Positions 1 through 11,757 of a stretch of DNA of 64,000 nt are shown one piece after another. This DNA comes from Geosiphon pyriformis uo1 (taxonomy: Eukaryota; Fungi; Glomeromycota): NCBI GenBank assembly GCA_016748015.1, contig JAAOMT010000617.1, positions 504,635 through 568,634 on the forward strand. The letters run 5' to 3'. The stretch's first letter is position 1; each line of letters opens with the position of its first letter. The position numbers were made by a program, and so were the translations under genes. Below the pieces are notes generated by a model. It worked only from the letters and a program-made list of their open reading frames with translations, had not been told where the DNA came from and did not search any database.

Positions 1-2701
1 ACTAACAGAAACAAAGCTGAACTGAGTTCTGTAGCTGATGATAGGGAACAACACAGCAGAAACTAAATAACTGAATTGCTTATCCGAGATGGTCTTTTTC
101 AGAACAAGGTTGACAAAAATCGGACATCTGAATGGGCCTTGGCCAAGCTGGGCACCAAAAGACCATTAAAGGACAAAAAAATACCAAGATAACAATAAGA
201 TTCACTTTTTTTGACTATGGAAATAGGTGAGTCACTGACAGTCAGGTAAGGGGTCTCAACCTGGCAGTTGACGGGAATAGCCACAGTCTTGTCATTGTTA
301 ATCAAAATGTCATTAATCTTGAAGAACTCACTAGTAACATCCAGAATGTGTTGTGTAGCAGTCTGGCTGCTACCAACCCAGATGGTATCATCCACAAAAG
401 CACCAGCTGCAAAAAATGACGTCAAACCAGCCTGAGATTCTACATGGCCAGTATTGAAAACGAAATGTGAATTCAACTTGTAACCACACATCTCCCCTTG
501 CCTCTTGATCTCACACATAAGTGAATCATAAAATATGTGCCAGAGAAATGGTGAGAAAACTTCACTTTGATCCAAACCATCATGAACTACATACCCATCA
601 GTCAAGCCAAAATTAGTCATCACCCTGTTCTTGCGATTATTGTGGATGTTACCAAAAAATCTAATGAACCTGTTACACATTTTAATCCTGATCAAACTCC
701 TCTCAAGATGTTTCCAACCAACCGAATCATACACTTTGCACATGTTCTATAATACCAGCCACAGCTCCCTGTTTTTTTCCAAGACATTCTCGACCACAGA
801 ACCAACAGCAAAAATGGGCAACTGCATTGTCGTATCCTTTAAAACAGAAAAATTGTCCCCTTGCAAAATGTCAAACTCACTGTAAGCCAAAGATATCATG
901 TCCGACAAGATTTTGGAAAAGATCTTGTGGGCTGTTTCAATCAAAGCAATAGGATGAGTGTTCATGAGAACACCCTCCCATTCATAGGGTTTAGGAATCA
1001 TCGAAACCCAGGCTTCCCTCCAAAGACCAGACACCAACTCACAAACTAGGCAGAGATTTAGAAGCACCAAAAGCATATCCAGAACCACTCTGTTACAATG
1101 CTTCTATAATTTATTAGAGATGCCAGAAAAACCAACTGCTTTTCCATCAGGCAAACTCAAAATGACACTAAACATTTCACCAAAACTAATCGATTCCATA
1201 ACACCAGAGAAAACACCATCAAAAATATAGTTCAAAGGCCGAAATTGGCATCTCCAATCATCAGAAAAGTCCAAAACCACTAACCGCCTCTTAGTCCATC
1301 TCTCCATAATCTCATTCACTTTAGATTTAACCAGCTTAGGTTCTAAAACCAACTCATCATCCATTACCAAATAATCCAACACTACCTTGTGAAATGGATG
1401 CTCCAAAACACTTCTAATAGTATGACTCTTGTCCAACTCAAAGCTTTTCATCCTACTCTCAATGGTCTGTCTTATACGAGATTCCTCAGCACGTCTAGAT
1501 TCCAGCATCTTAGAAGAATGATAAGACTTTCTTGTCTTAGCCAGCTCAAAGTGAATACCATTAAAACCAAACTCTGAAAGGAAAAGAGACTTCACTGACA
1601 AAGCGCCAGCAGAGTCAAGCCTGTCTCATGTATTCAACAACAGAGCAAAATTACCTCCAGATGTCAAACGAGAAGCCTTTACCAGCTTAGAAACTAGCAA
1701 CTCCAGCCCATGAAACCTAGAAGACATCTTATTGAAAACACTGTCAAAACCTTTGAACCATTTTTTCTTGAAAGTTTCACCTGCCAAAAGAACCATAATT
1801 TTGCAAATAATGTTCCACATCGTATCCAAATCCGAAAATTTCTCAGCCACAACAAACACATCTGAGAACATAGAAGCATTGGCAGTTGTACCATCTCTGA
1901 ACTCAGCCCACTTCAACTCATTTGCATTCTTGACATCAAACTTCCAGCAATCTTTGTTGGCCTGCTTACATATCGAAGAAAGCCTTGTATCCAACAAACC
2001 ACCCAGACCCACAGAAACATAAATGGCCTTATGATCAGTATCAAAAAAATCATCAACATTCAACATGCCATAATCTATAATCACATTAATCAAGTTAGAA
2101 GAAAGAAATATATAATCAATAGTCTTAGCAACACCACGAGAATTGCACCAAATTGGCAACTTAGCAAGAGAGCTCCCACTCAGAGAGTTGACTAAACCCA
2201 AATCAAAGCACTTCCTGAAACTGGCACACTTGTGAGATTCATCTTCATTGAAGTCACCACCAAGAATAATGAAGAAAGATTCATTCACAGCTTTAGCAAT
2301 GAGAGAATTAATTTCATTAGCCTGAAAAAACAAACCATCAAAGAGGCACCAGCATATAGCCCCAAAATAAAAACAGAGAGTCTGTTCCTGAAAAGCAATT
2401 TCACCAACAGAAGCCAACCAGGCACCTCTAGAATCTTGCACACATGTTTTGCCAGAGATGAGTTCATAATAATTGCAACACCAGATTCCATGTAACTAGA
2501 ATTCGAACCAGAAGTGAAAACGCGAACTCCATCAAACTTATCAGCAATCCAAGAACAAACCTTTCCCTTCAACTTTGTTTCAGTAACAACGGAAACCAAA
2601 TTGTTCATGTCTTTATGTCAATGTACAATATCCAACTGCTTTGCACCATTGTTCATACCTCTGACATTACACGTGGCAATCTTCCAAATCAATTCAGTCA
2701 T
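1..2701 (-). pseudogene. LINE-alpha ORF2: APE endonuclease + reverse transcriptase, disrupted
   Basis: IATCNVRG, VTETKL, GGDFNE, IDYIF, TDHKA endonuclease motifs; PIALIET, GLDQSEVFSP and AFVDDTIWV RT motifs; stops and frameshifts. Confidence 0.92.
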
Positions 2702-4550
2702 TGGGAGGAATAAACATCAGGAACTGAACCACCATTTTTCATTTTAGCCAAAAGGCTCATAACTGTGACTGAAAGATTCCTTAATGTTTTCTCCATTTTT
2801 GTAATAACAGAATTATCGAATAACACTGCTTCCATGACAGTCTCACCACTAGTGGCCACACCCGAACTCTCACTTATCACTATATCCGCTCTTTGATTCT
2901 GTAACAAAGGGGTCACCAACGGCTGACATCCAGGACTAAGCTGGGAAACCATTGGTTCAGGTGTGTCCAACCTTTTAGCCAGCTTATCAACGCATTCTGC
3001 AAGACTGGTGAGACTGCACTCAAGAGTGGCAAACCTATCATTCAATGCCAAAAACACCTGTGGGGTAGGTTTCATCTCTAAAGAGGAGCCAATACTCAAC
3101 AAACCATTTCAAACTGGAAAAGAAAGGAGAGAGAATCCTACAACAATTTGCACTCAGAAGGCACCACCAAAAGACACAGGACGGGCAACCGAAGCTGAGC
3201 ATTTGGCATAAATAGTAGTAAGTCTGCCTTTATCAGAATCTGAAAATATCCTGCGCTGTAGACCACTAGAAGGAATCTTCCCACCAACAACACAATCTAG
3301 AAACGTATAACCTGAGTTCTCACACTTAGCACACTTAGCCATTATGAGACTAGACCAGTGCAAGTTTGCACCTCTAAGCACAGGTGTTGTACCCATGACT
3401 GCATTCAACGAATCGGCAAAGTCAAAACAGACAGTGGTGCACCTGGCCCGAGCATATGAAACTGGATAATAGTTGATTATATAAGTCTTCCCACCAACAG
3501 ATTTGATGTAATTCCATATATCGTGTGCATTTGTTTCCACAGGTAAAGTATACAACAAAGCCTTATAAACATCTCTCTTGTTCCATGCTTCTTTGTCTTT
3601 GTCTGATTTTGCAACACGCACTACATCCTTTTTGATAAGGATGAACCATTCAGCTGCAACCAAATCAGCTTGATCCAATTGCTCAAATTCCACCACAGCT
3701 TTTTGCCACAGTCCCACCAACTGCATCTTGATCGACTTAATTATACTAAAATCGGAGAGAGCAGCACGCACAGTCTTAGCTGATGTTCCAACTGGAATTT
3801 TTTTCAACACCACTGCCCGATCTGAATGCCCAGATGACTTTCTGAGATCGGTATTCACCAGGATTTTCACATCAGTAGCCATTTCAGTAGTTTTCACCAA
3901 ACTCGATTCAGAAGTGAATGTCATCTGGATGATCCCAGCAAATTTTGAGAAGGTAGAGGTCCCCCCAAAACTATTGATTCTTGAAAACAATTTTCTGACC
4001 ACCACCAATTTCTCCTGAGATGATTTCTCAGTAATCTTGTCCAAGCCAATATCTAAAGCAAAAGATTTACAGACAGAAACGGCAACCAACTTTTTAATAG
4101 ATGTGAGAAGTGCCAGCGGAGTATCAAGGAGAATATTATCATTATCATTATCGAGCGAAAAATCAATTTTCCCCAATGGTTTGCCCAGTGCCTTCTTTGT
4201 TTTGACTCTTATACCTATAGGTGTTTGATCATAATCCCCTTCTGCAAGAGCACCGCCTTTACCGTAGTCGAAACTGGTTTCTTCTACTAGACATTCCTCT
4301 TCCATGTCAACACTCTCAAACTCAGTGGTTTTACCAGTCTCAGAATCCCATGAGCTACTTTTTTGAACTTTAGGACCAACATCATTACCACCAGAACCAC
4401 CTTCCAAAATCCTGCCTCTTCTCTTTTTACTCAGAAGAATAGGTCTAAAGCCACCACCAGAAACAGAAGCTTTAGCAGCTTTCTTCATAACAGCAATACT
4501 ACAGCCAACAGTGGCCTCGTAGTCAAGAATAAAGGGTTTAGATTTATCGT
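2698..4550 (-). pseudogene. LINE-alpha ORF1 (two RRM-like domains, CCHC knuckle, coiled coil)
   Basis: ORFs 3154-4560 and 2698-3102: AVVLKKIPVG...WQKAVVEF, CAKCENSGY..DC, RFATLECSLTSL; similar to the other ORF1s in the window. Confidence 0.85.
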
Positions 4551-4621
4551 TGTTACTCATAAAAATATAGGAATTATATTAGCATAATTATTAGCCAATC
4601 AGAAGTAAGCATAGTAAATAT

Positions 4622-4785
4622 GAAATTCCAGGATTCCTCTCAGGAATTGCAGGATTCCAGGAATTTCAGGATTCTTAACAAGGAATTGCAGGATTCCAGA
4701 ATTCCAGGATTCCTCTCAAAGGAATCACAGGATTCCAGGAATTTCAGGATTCTTGTCGTAAAGAATGGAGAAATTAAGGAATCTC
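4622..4785 (+). repeat. LTR-A U3 tandem array of CAGGATTCC/AGGAATTCC motifs (~39-bp higher-order period)
   Basis: Visible repeats, also present at ~13908-14071. Confidence 0.85.
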
Positions 4786-4792
4786 AATTATG

Positions 4793-4800
4793 TATATATA
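4793..4800 (+). promoter_or_regulatory. Putative LTR-A TATA box
   Basis: TATATATA directly after the U3 array in both LTRs. Confidence 0.55.
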
Positions 4801-5415
4801 GCAGTAGTATTAGAAACAGAAAAAGACAGAATTGATACCACAGAATTCTTAGCCAAGAAACTAATTATCAAATACATAATCATTCCATATCTCAATCTAC
4901 TTTCCACTATCAACCTTTCATGTTGATAGTAATTGATACTTAACCACACTGGAACAATAGCTCTTGATCATGGCTATTGACGGGATACTAATCTGTAAAT
5001 CGCCTTGACTTATTTCTTTTCTTTCTTTATTTTCTTTTATTTCTCTTTCTTTCTTTTATTTTGATTTGGTTGTTGTATACTAATTGATTAAAGATTAAGT
5101 GCTAAGTTATTGACGTCAAGGATAGCCTGGTAAAAAACCCAGAAATAAGGATAGGATTTTATATATTATCAGATAGCTTACCAGAAGGGCACAACTGCCA
5201 GAATAAATCTGGCCGCCAAGCTGAGAAAGAAATTGGGCATAATTGCAACTTCAGGACAACTACTACCAACACTACTGAATCTCTGTCCATTATACAGATC
5301 CATAAAAACCTTCAGATACAACACCTTCAGACCACTATCAACTGCAATTAGCCTTGAGCACCAAGTTATGGGTTTGTTATTTAATTTGACAGCAGAATTA
5401 ATTACCTGTAACATT

Positions 5416-5432
5416 TGGTGCTCCCTGTAAGG
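5416..5432 (+). promoter_or_regulatory. Primer-binding site, probably elongator tRNA-Met
   Basis: TGGTGCTCCCTGTAAGG 2 nt after the LTR; complement resembles eukaryotic tRNA-Met(e) 3' ends. Confidence 0.8.
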
Positions 5433-5475
5433 TATAATCCTACAGAGAACCAGCACCGACAACACCAAACCAAAA

Positions 5476-8400
5476 GTGACAGAATCAGAAACTATAGGAG
5501 CAAACCATTTAGGATTCGCAAAATCCTTATTTCAACACTATTGTCAATACTTGGAATTAAACCACAATCATATATCCACTGAATTAACTTTCAATTTCTA
5601 CGTCAATGAAAAGATTTCCTCTTTATTAGGAACACCAGTCAATACTGAATCAGCAAGAGAAACTTTCTATAAGAAATTAATTCAAAACACCAACCTACCA
5701 ACAAATCATAATTTCGCATCCATCATTACTGAAATCAACAAAGAAATTGAACATCACACTCAACAAAGATACCCAATTACATACACTAGTAAAGGCAAGG
5801 GAAAATTACAAACACCACCAGTAACACCCAGAAAAATACAGCCACCTGCTTGGAAGAAAAACAGAGTTGAATCCCCAAGCAACCCATCCTACCACTATAC
5901 ACCTGGAAGCGCTATCAACATATCATCAACAAACGCATTCACATTAACTGCGACATCAGCATTTGGACAAATCCCATTCCAAAGTAGACAAAGGAAAACA
6001 GAATTGTTAGGACCATATGATGAATACTTTGAGGGATTTAATTCGCAATCATCAACCCCATCGGGACTTCAATCACTACCGCCTCCACCAGATTTCAGAA
6101 TCTTTAATCCGTGGGAAGAAGCAGAATCAGAAAAGGAGGAAGAAGAATTAGAGGATCAAGAATTTACTTACCAGCACCCGATCACTGAAAATCTGGAAGT
6201 TGAAACCCCAAACATTCAAACTCAACAACAGTTAAAAAATCCGGAAATTGAAACTCTGAATATTCAAATGCCACCAAATCAAAGAAATCAAAACCCCGAA
6301 TTAATTAATTAGCAAAACTTACCTCCGGTAATTGTCATTGATCAACCGCTAATTAATTCTGTAGCTGAACCCATACAACAGCCACTTTAACTACCACTCC
6401 AACAGCCAGAATAACAACAACTGCTTCAACAGCCACTACAACCACCTAACTTAGATCTAATGGCCTATGCACCAATCACAAAACTTAACAACTTTACTGG
6501 CAAAGAGAATGACACTCAAATATGGCTGAACGATGTAGAAAAAGCCATCACAGTCAATGGATGGAATGATGCTCGAGCAATGCAAGCCATTCCCTACTTT
6601 CTCAAGGATACCGCCAATTCATGATATCAGAGCTTGGTTAATAAACCACAAGATTTCAATGCCTTTAAAGCAGAATTTCTAAGATACTTCAGCAACAATA
6701 ACAGCATTAATTGCCTAGTTAATGTATTTACCACCATAAAACAAGGAGAAACTGAAGCAGTTATCACTTATCTGGAACACTTCCATCGAAACCTACACCA
6801 AATTCAAGCAATTGATGCCAATTATTTCACAGCACCACAGATACTCAATCAGTTTATCCATGGCCTATGCAGTAGCATCTTGCAACATGTACGTCTATTG
6901 CATCCAGGTACCCTTCAAGACGCAGTTACACGCGCCAAAGATTTTGAATCCGCCAAGTCAGAGACTAACCACGCCCAAGCCATTAACCTAGTAATGAACA
7001 GATCATCTGAATTGGATTCTGAATTGGAGAAGTTCAGTGAATCAATTAATAAGAGATTGAAAGGATACTTAGCTGACAATTACGCCATTTATCAGCCTTC
7101 ACAATGATACAATAATCAAGGAAATTCTAATTGTGGCCAAAATCAACCACGTCCATCTTTATTGACCAATCAACAGTGGCAACAGGAAATACGTATCTGC
7201 CACTATTGTGGTAAACAAGAACATATCCAAATTGACTGTCACCAGTGTCTAAATAACCAACGATTGGGAAATCAATATCAAAACCCTGATCGTCAGTTCC
7301 AAACTCCGAATTATTATCCAAATCAGAGTCAAGACCAATATCAAAATAATTACCTGCCCATGATGCAGCAACCAATCTATCAACCACCAGTATATCAACC
7401 TCCAATTCCTTAGCCGCAGCCACAAGTAATATATCAACCACAGTCACAAATTATCTATCAACCCCAACCAATTCAAACACCAACCCAGAACCCAGCTCAA
7501 ATAACATCAGGCAATCCTCGATCCAGAGTCACTCAAAACTGGAGATCAGCGATGGTTGTTCACCAACCGATCCCCAGTTTGTTAAACCTACCATCAGGAT
7601 CATGCACCTGGAATTTGGATACCAGTCGCATCCAAAACCCAAATTCTCAACATTATTTAAGTTTCTTAGTTACCCCAGAAAACGCCACATCCAACAACAC
7701 AAAATTCAATCAGCACGTTCCTATCAACACCATTCCACCAGCAACCATCTCTAGCAACGAATTCCTAGCAGCCATCTTTCCTTTCGAACTCGAAGAAAAC
7801 ACACCAATACCATTATTCAGTGGAGCCACCCTCGAAGAGAAACTCATAACAGCAATGTACACAGATGTCAGAGTTGATGGTCACTTCATCAAACTCATCC
7901 TAGATAGTGGATCAGCTGGCAGCATAATCACTAGACAACTTATGGATCAATTAGGTCGCTGAGTTGATTGAGCTGCTAGCGCCAGAATCATCACAGCCGA
8001 TGGAGCGACCAAAACTCCAATTGGTGAAATTGACGATTTTTCTTTTAAAGTCAGTGGCATCGTGACTCCCATTAAAGTTCTAATAATAGAAGCCACTCAA
8101 TACCAAGCTCTCATTGGTAATGACTGGCTATCCAAAGTCAATGCAACGTTAGACTGGAACACCCAGGAACTTCAGCTAACGTATTAGGGCCAACACATAC
8201 GTGTTCCAGCCATGTGTGGCCACTTCAAAACTCCTCTAAGAGAGAAACTATTGATTGAGCTGGAGGAGGAGAAAGAAAAGCCTACCTGGGAAGCCTACCA
8301 AGTATCATGGGCTGACAAAGAGCACAATGAGCTGCTGCCAATACTCTCTTGGGATGACAACAACAAGGGAAAAGGGAAATAAAAAGAAGAACTTACCTGG

Positions 8401-11400
8401 GAAACCGATGACCTGACATGGACCGACAACAATGAGAGTGAACTGACTTCAAGCTGGGAATAGGAAGAAGAAAAAGAAGATAAAGGGAAAGGAAAAGAAA
8501 AAGAGACCATTCAAACCACTACCGCTTATAACACCTACACTACACCACAACAATTTACCTATCATCGACCCAAGCTTATATGCATTGATTGTGGCAAGAA
8601 ATTGTCGTCAATGGGTGCATGCTATAGGGACGATGAGAAATATTCAATGGCAACTAGGTTCTATTGCCGTCCATGTGTTCTTGAACACTTTGGAAGACCA
8701 AAACAAGTAGAGAAATAAGACAATCAGTCATGCTTAGCTTGTGGAGAGACTCTTTTGGACGAAGAAATGTGGCATGACATTCCAGGATGTGGAGGAATGT
8801 ATGACGTGTCGTGTTAATACATGATTCTAATAAGCGATTGGATAAGGAAAGGAACCCCAATAGAAGCAGCCTGGAGAAGAGTCGTACAATGACTGGACAG
8901 TTGCCCACATAATGACAACAAAATTTGGCAAATGGCACTTGCAAAAATCAAAGGGGCGATGCCAAAAGAGATAAAAGTGATCAAAGACAACCCCCCAGAA
9001 CCTTTAGAGCTTGACTGGGATGCAGAACCCATCATAAACCTTCTGGATCCAGAACAATTCCACAAACACTACCAAGAATTAGCACCCACAAAGGAAGAAC
9101 AAGAACAACAATTAGAGCAGTTGAATGCTCGACTATGTCAACACTGCCTAATTCCCTGTAACTTCCAGTATTGTGATGAGTGTGATCTCATTTACAATCC
9201 ACCACCATGCATGATCTATACAATCCCAGAAGAGGAAGAACCAATCAGCAGCTGCGTATCAGAATCAGAATCGCCAATCAATTGCGATTCAAACTCCGAC
9301 AATGACAATAACAACAACGGTTCAAGCTCCACTCAAAATGGCAATGACAATAACAATGATTTCAACTCAGATACAAATGCCGATTTAAACTATGAACAAT
9401 ACATTGCACTACCAGATTTTTCCAAAGAACAAGAGTTAAAATGGTATAGTGACAATGGGGAAGGTATTATGCTAGAACGTGCACATAATACTGATACAGG
9501 GTTTGATCTGAGATATCCAGGAAAAGATGCCATCAAATTGGAACCACATTCATGCATCTGCATTGATCTGAAAATAGCACTAGAAATTCCGGCAACAATT
9601 ATGGTTCAATTAGCATCTAGGAGTAGTTTAGCGAAAAGAGGGATTAATATAAGAGGAGGAATAATTGACGTGGGATATGTGGGAAATATCATTACTATAC
9701 TACAAAATGACCCAGAAAAGGCCTATGTAATAGAGCCCAATGAAAAGATAGCACAAGCAATATTCCTGCCTCTGGTTAGAATAGCTCAGTTAGTATCAGT
9801 GAGAAAGAGGGAGGAATTAGGAATAATGGCGAGAGGAATACAGAGATTTGGATCCACAGATAGAATAGATATACCAGTTAATATGGCAGAGGAAGAAATT
9901 GTTGGCCAAGAAGAAATTATCTCAACTGGTCAAGCTATTTCTATTCCACCATATAGCCAGTACATGTTAGCAATAGAAAGGAAGGAAAAGGAGCAAGAAC
10001 AGATGTTTGAAGCAGAAGCAACCCTTTGTGAATCAAGAGAGATTAGGTTGATCAATCTCCACATACCAGCCAAAAGCTATAGCAGCATAAAAATTCCCAT
10101 CTACAACAATACTGGCAATGTCATCAGTATACCAGAAGGAACCACCATTAGATATTTAACCACAGAAATAGAAGACCAACCACCAAACCCCATTCCAGAC
10201 TTTCCACAACTTTGTGGATATGTTGACATCACATCACAAACAATCTATGGACGAGACAAATATTATTTGCTCCAACCAGAACAATTGGAACAAATGAACA
10301 TGGGAAACTTAGATCCACTCCAATATATGCAGCTCAAGATGTTACTCAACAATTTCAATGACATCTTTGCCAGCGAAAATGAGTTTGGCCGAACTGACAT
10401 TATTTAGCATCAGATTAAGACTGGAGATACAATGCCAATCAAACAAAGAGCATACAGAGTGCTGCCAGCCAGCCACAAAATTATTCATCAAGAGATAAAC
10501 AGAATGCTTAACAATAGGCTAATTCAATCATCAATGAGTCCATGGTCATCACCAGTGGTACTTGTCCATAAGAAAAATGGAAAAATCCAGTTTTGTGTAG
10601 ACTACAGAAAACTCAATAGTGTAACTTGTGGAGACAGTTATCCAACTCCACGAATACAGGAATTATTCGATGCTTTCGGTGGGAACAAATGGTTCTCCAC
10701 ATTAGATTTGGACAGTGGTTACTGGCAAGTAGCCATGAATTCAGCTGACAAAAAAAAGATGGCATTTACTACTAGAGAAAGAAACTTCAAATTTGAAGTA
10801 ATGCCATTTGGCTTAATCAATGCTCCAGCAACGTTTCAATGACTAATAGAAATTGTTTATACGGGCTTATTGTGGAAATCAGTAGTTGTATACTTGGACA
10901 ACACCAATGTATTCTCAAAAACGTTTGATAATCATCTTTATTATCTTCAACAAGTGTTCGAAAGACTAAGAAGAGCAGGACTGAAGTTAAATGTGACAAA
11001 GTGCTTTTTTGGCAAGATGGAACTCAAATTCTTAGGACACATAGTCAGCAAAGATGGCATCAAAATAGATCCAGAGAAAATAGAGATAATAAAGAACTTT
11101 CCAGTACTAACCAATATAACAGAACTGAAATCATTCTTGGAATTTGCCAGCTACTATCGTTGTTTTATCAAGAACTTTTTCAAGATAGCACAGCCACTCA
11201 ACCAACTACAAAACAAAAATGTGAAATATGAATGGACAGAAAGTTAACAAGAAGCTTTTGATATTCTGAGGAAAAAGCTCATCCAAGCTCCAATACTGAT
11301 CTATCCAGATTACAGCAAACCATTCATTATCACCACCAATGCATCCGGCCAAGCATTGGAAGCAGTATTATCTCAGAGAGGACCAGACAGCAGAGAACAT

Positions 11401-11694
11401 CCAGTAGCATATGCCAGCAGAGGTTTAACACCAGCCAAAAAGAACTATGGAACACTGAAACAAGAACACTTAGCAATATACTGGGCTGTCATAAAATGAA
11501 AAGAATACTTGAGCCAGAAGTTTGAAGTATACACAGATCACAAAGGATTGACATCACTCCAAAAACAAAAATTTGGAGATGGAAGACAGTCAAGATGGAA
11601 AATGGCACTTGTACCATACAATTATACTATACATTACAAAAAGGGAAAAGACAACAGAAATGCTGATGGTTTATCACAAATAAGACAAATCTAA
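5476..11694 (+). pseudogene. Gypsy-A gag-pol in a single frame: gag (CCHC), protease, Cys-rich insert, dUTPase, RT, RNase H
   Basis: ORF pieces at 5476, 6634, 7162, 7552, 8932, 10432, 10870 and 11509 share one frame; CHYCGKQEHIQIDC, LILDSGS, FCVDYRKLN, MPFGL, YLDN (from YLDD), YTDH, NADGLS. Confidence 0.94.
9430..9865 (+). other. dUTPase domain within Gypsy-A pol
   Basis: All five trimeric dUTPase motifs: TGFDL, SRSSLA, GIIDVGYVG, KIAQAIF, RGIQRFGST. Confidence 0.93.
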
Positions 11695-11757
11695 GAACAT
11701 TTCAACCCAAAAATATAATAAAACCAAAACAATACCAACGGAAAAATACAACAAAAG

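Larger units (their letters stand above)
1..4550 (-). mobile_element. LINE-alpha non-LTR retrotransposon; 3' part runs off the window, 5' part split by Gypsy-A
   Basis: Minus-strand ORF1 (RRM + CCHC) followed by APE endonuclease and RT; ORF1 frame resumes at 14722 beyond the Gypsy-A insertion. Confidence 0.92.
4551..5413 (+). repeat. Gypsy-A 5' LTR (863 bp)
   Basis: TGTTAC...GTAACA; direct repeat of 13837-14721. Confidence 0.96.

Noticed and set aside
4551-4560. MSNN start of ORF 3154-4560 as the true LINE ORF1 start
   Set aside because: These codons come from the inserted LTR end; the real N-terminus lies beyond 14722
567-4587. Short antisense and alternate-frame ORFs here and throughout the window as genes
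   Set aside because: Shadows of retroelement coding strands with no recognisable motifs; recurrence only reflects repeat copies
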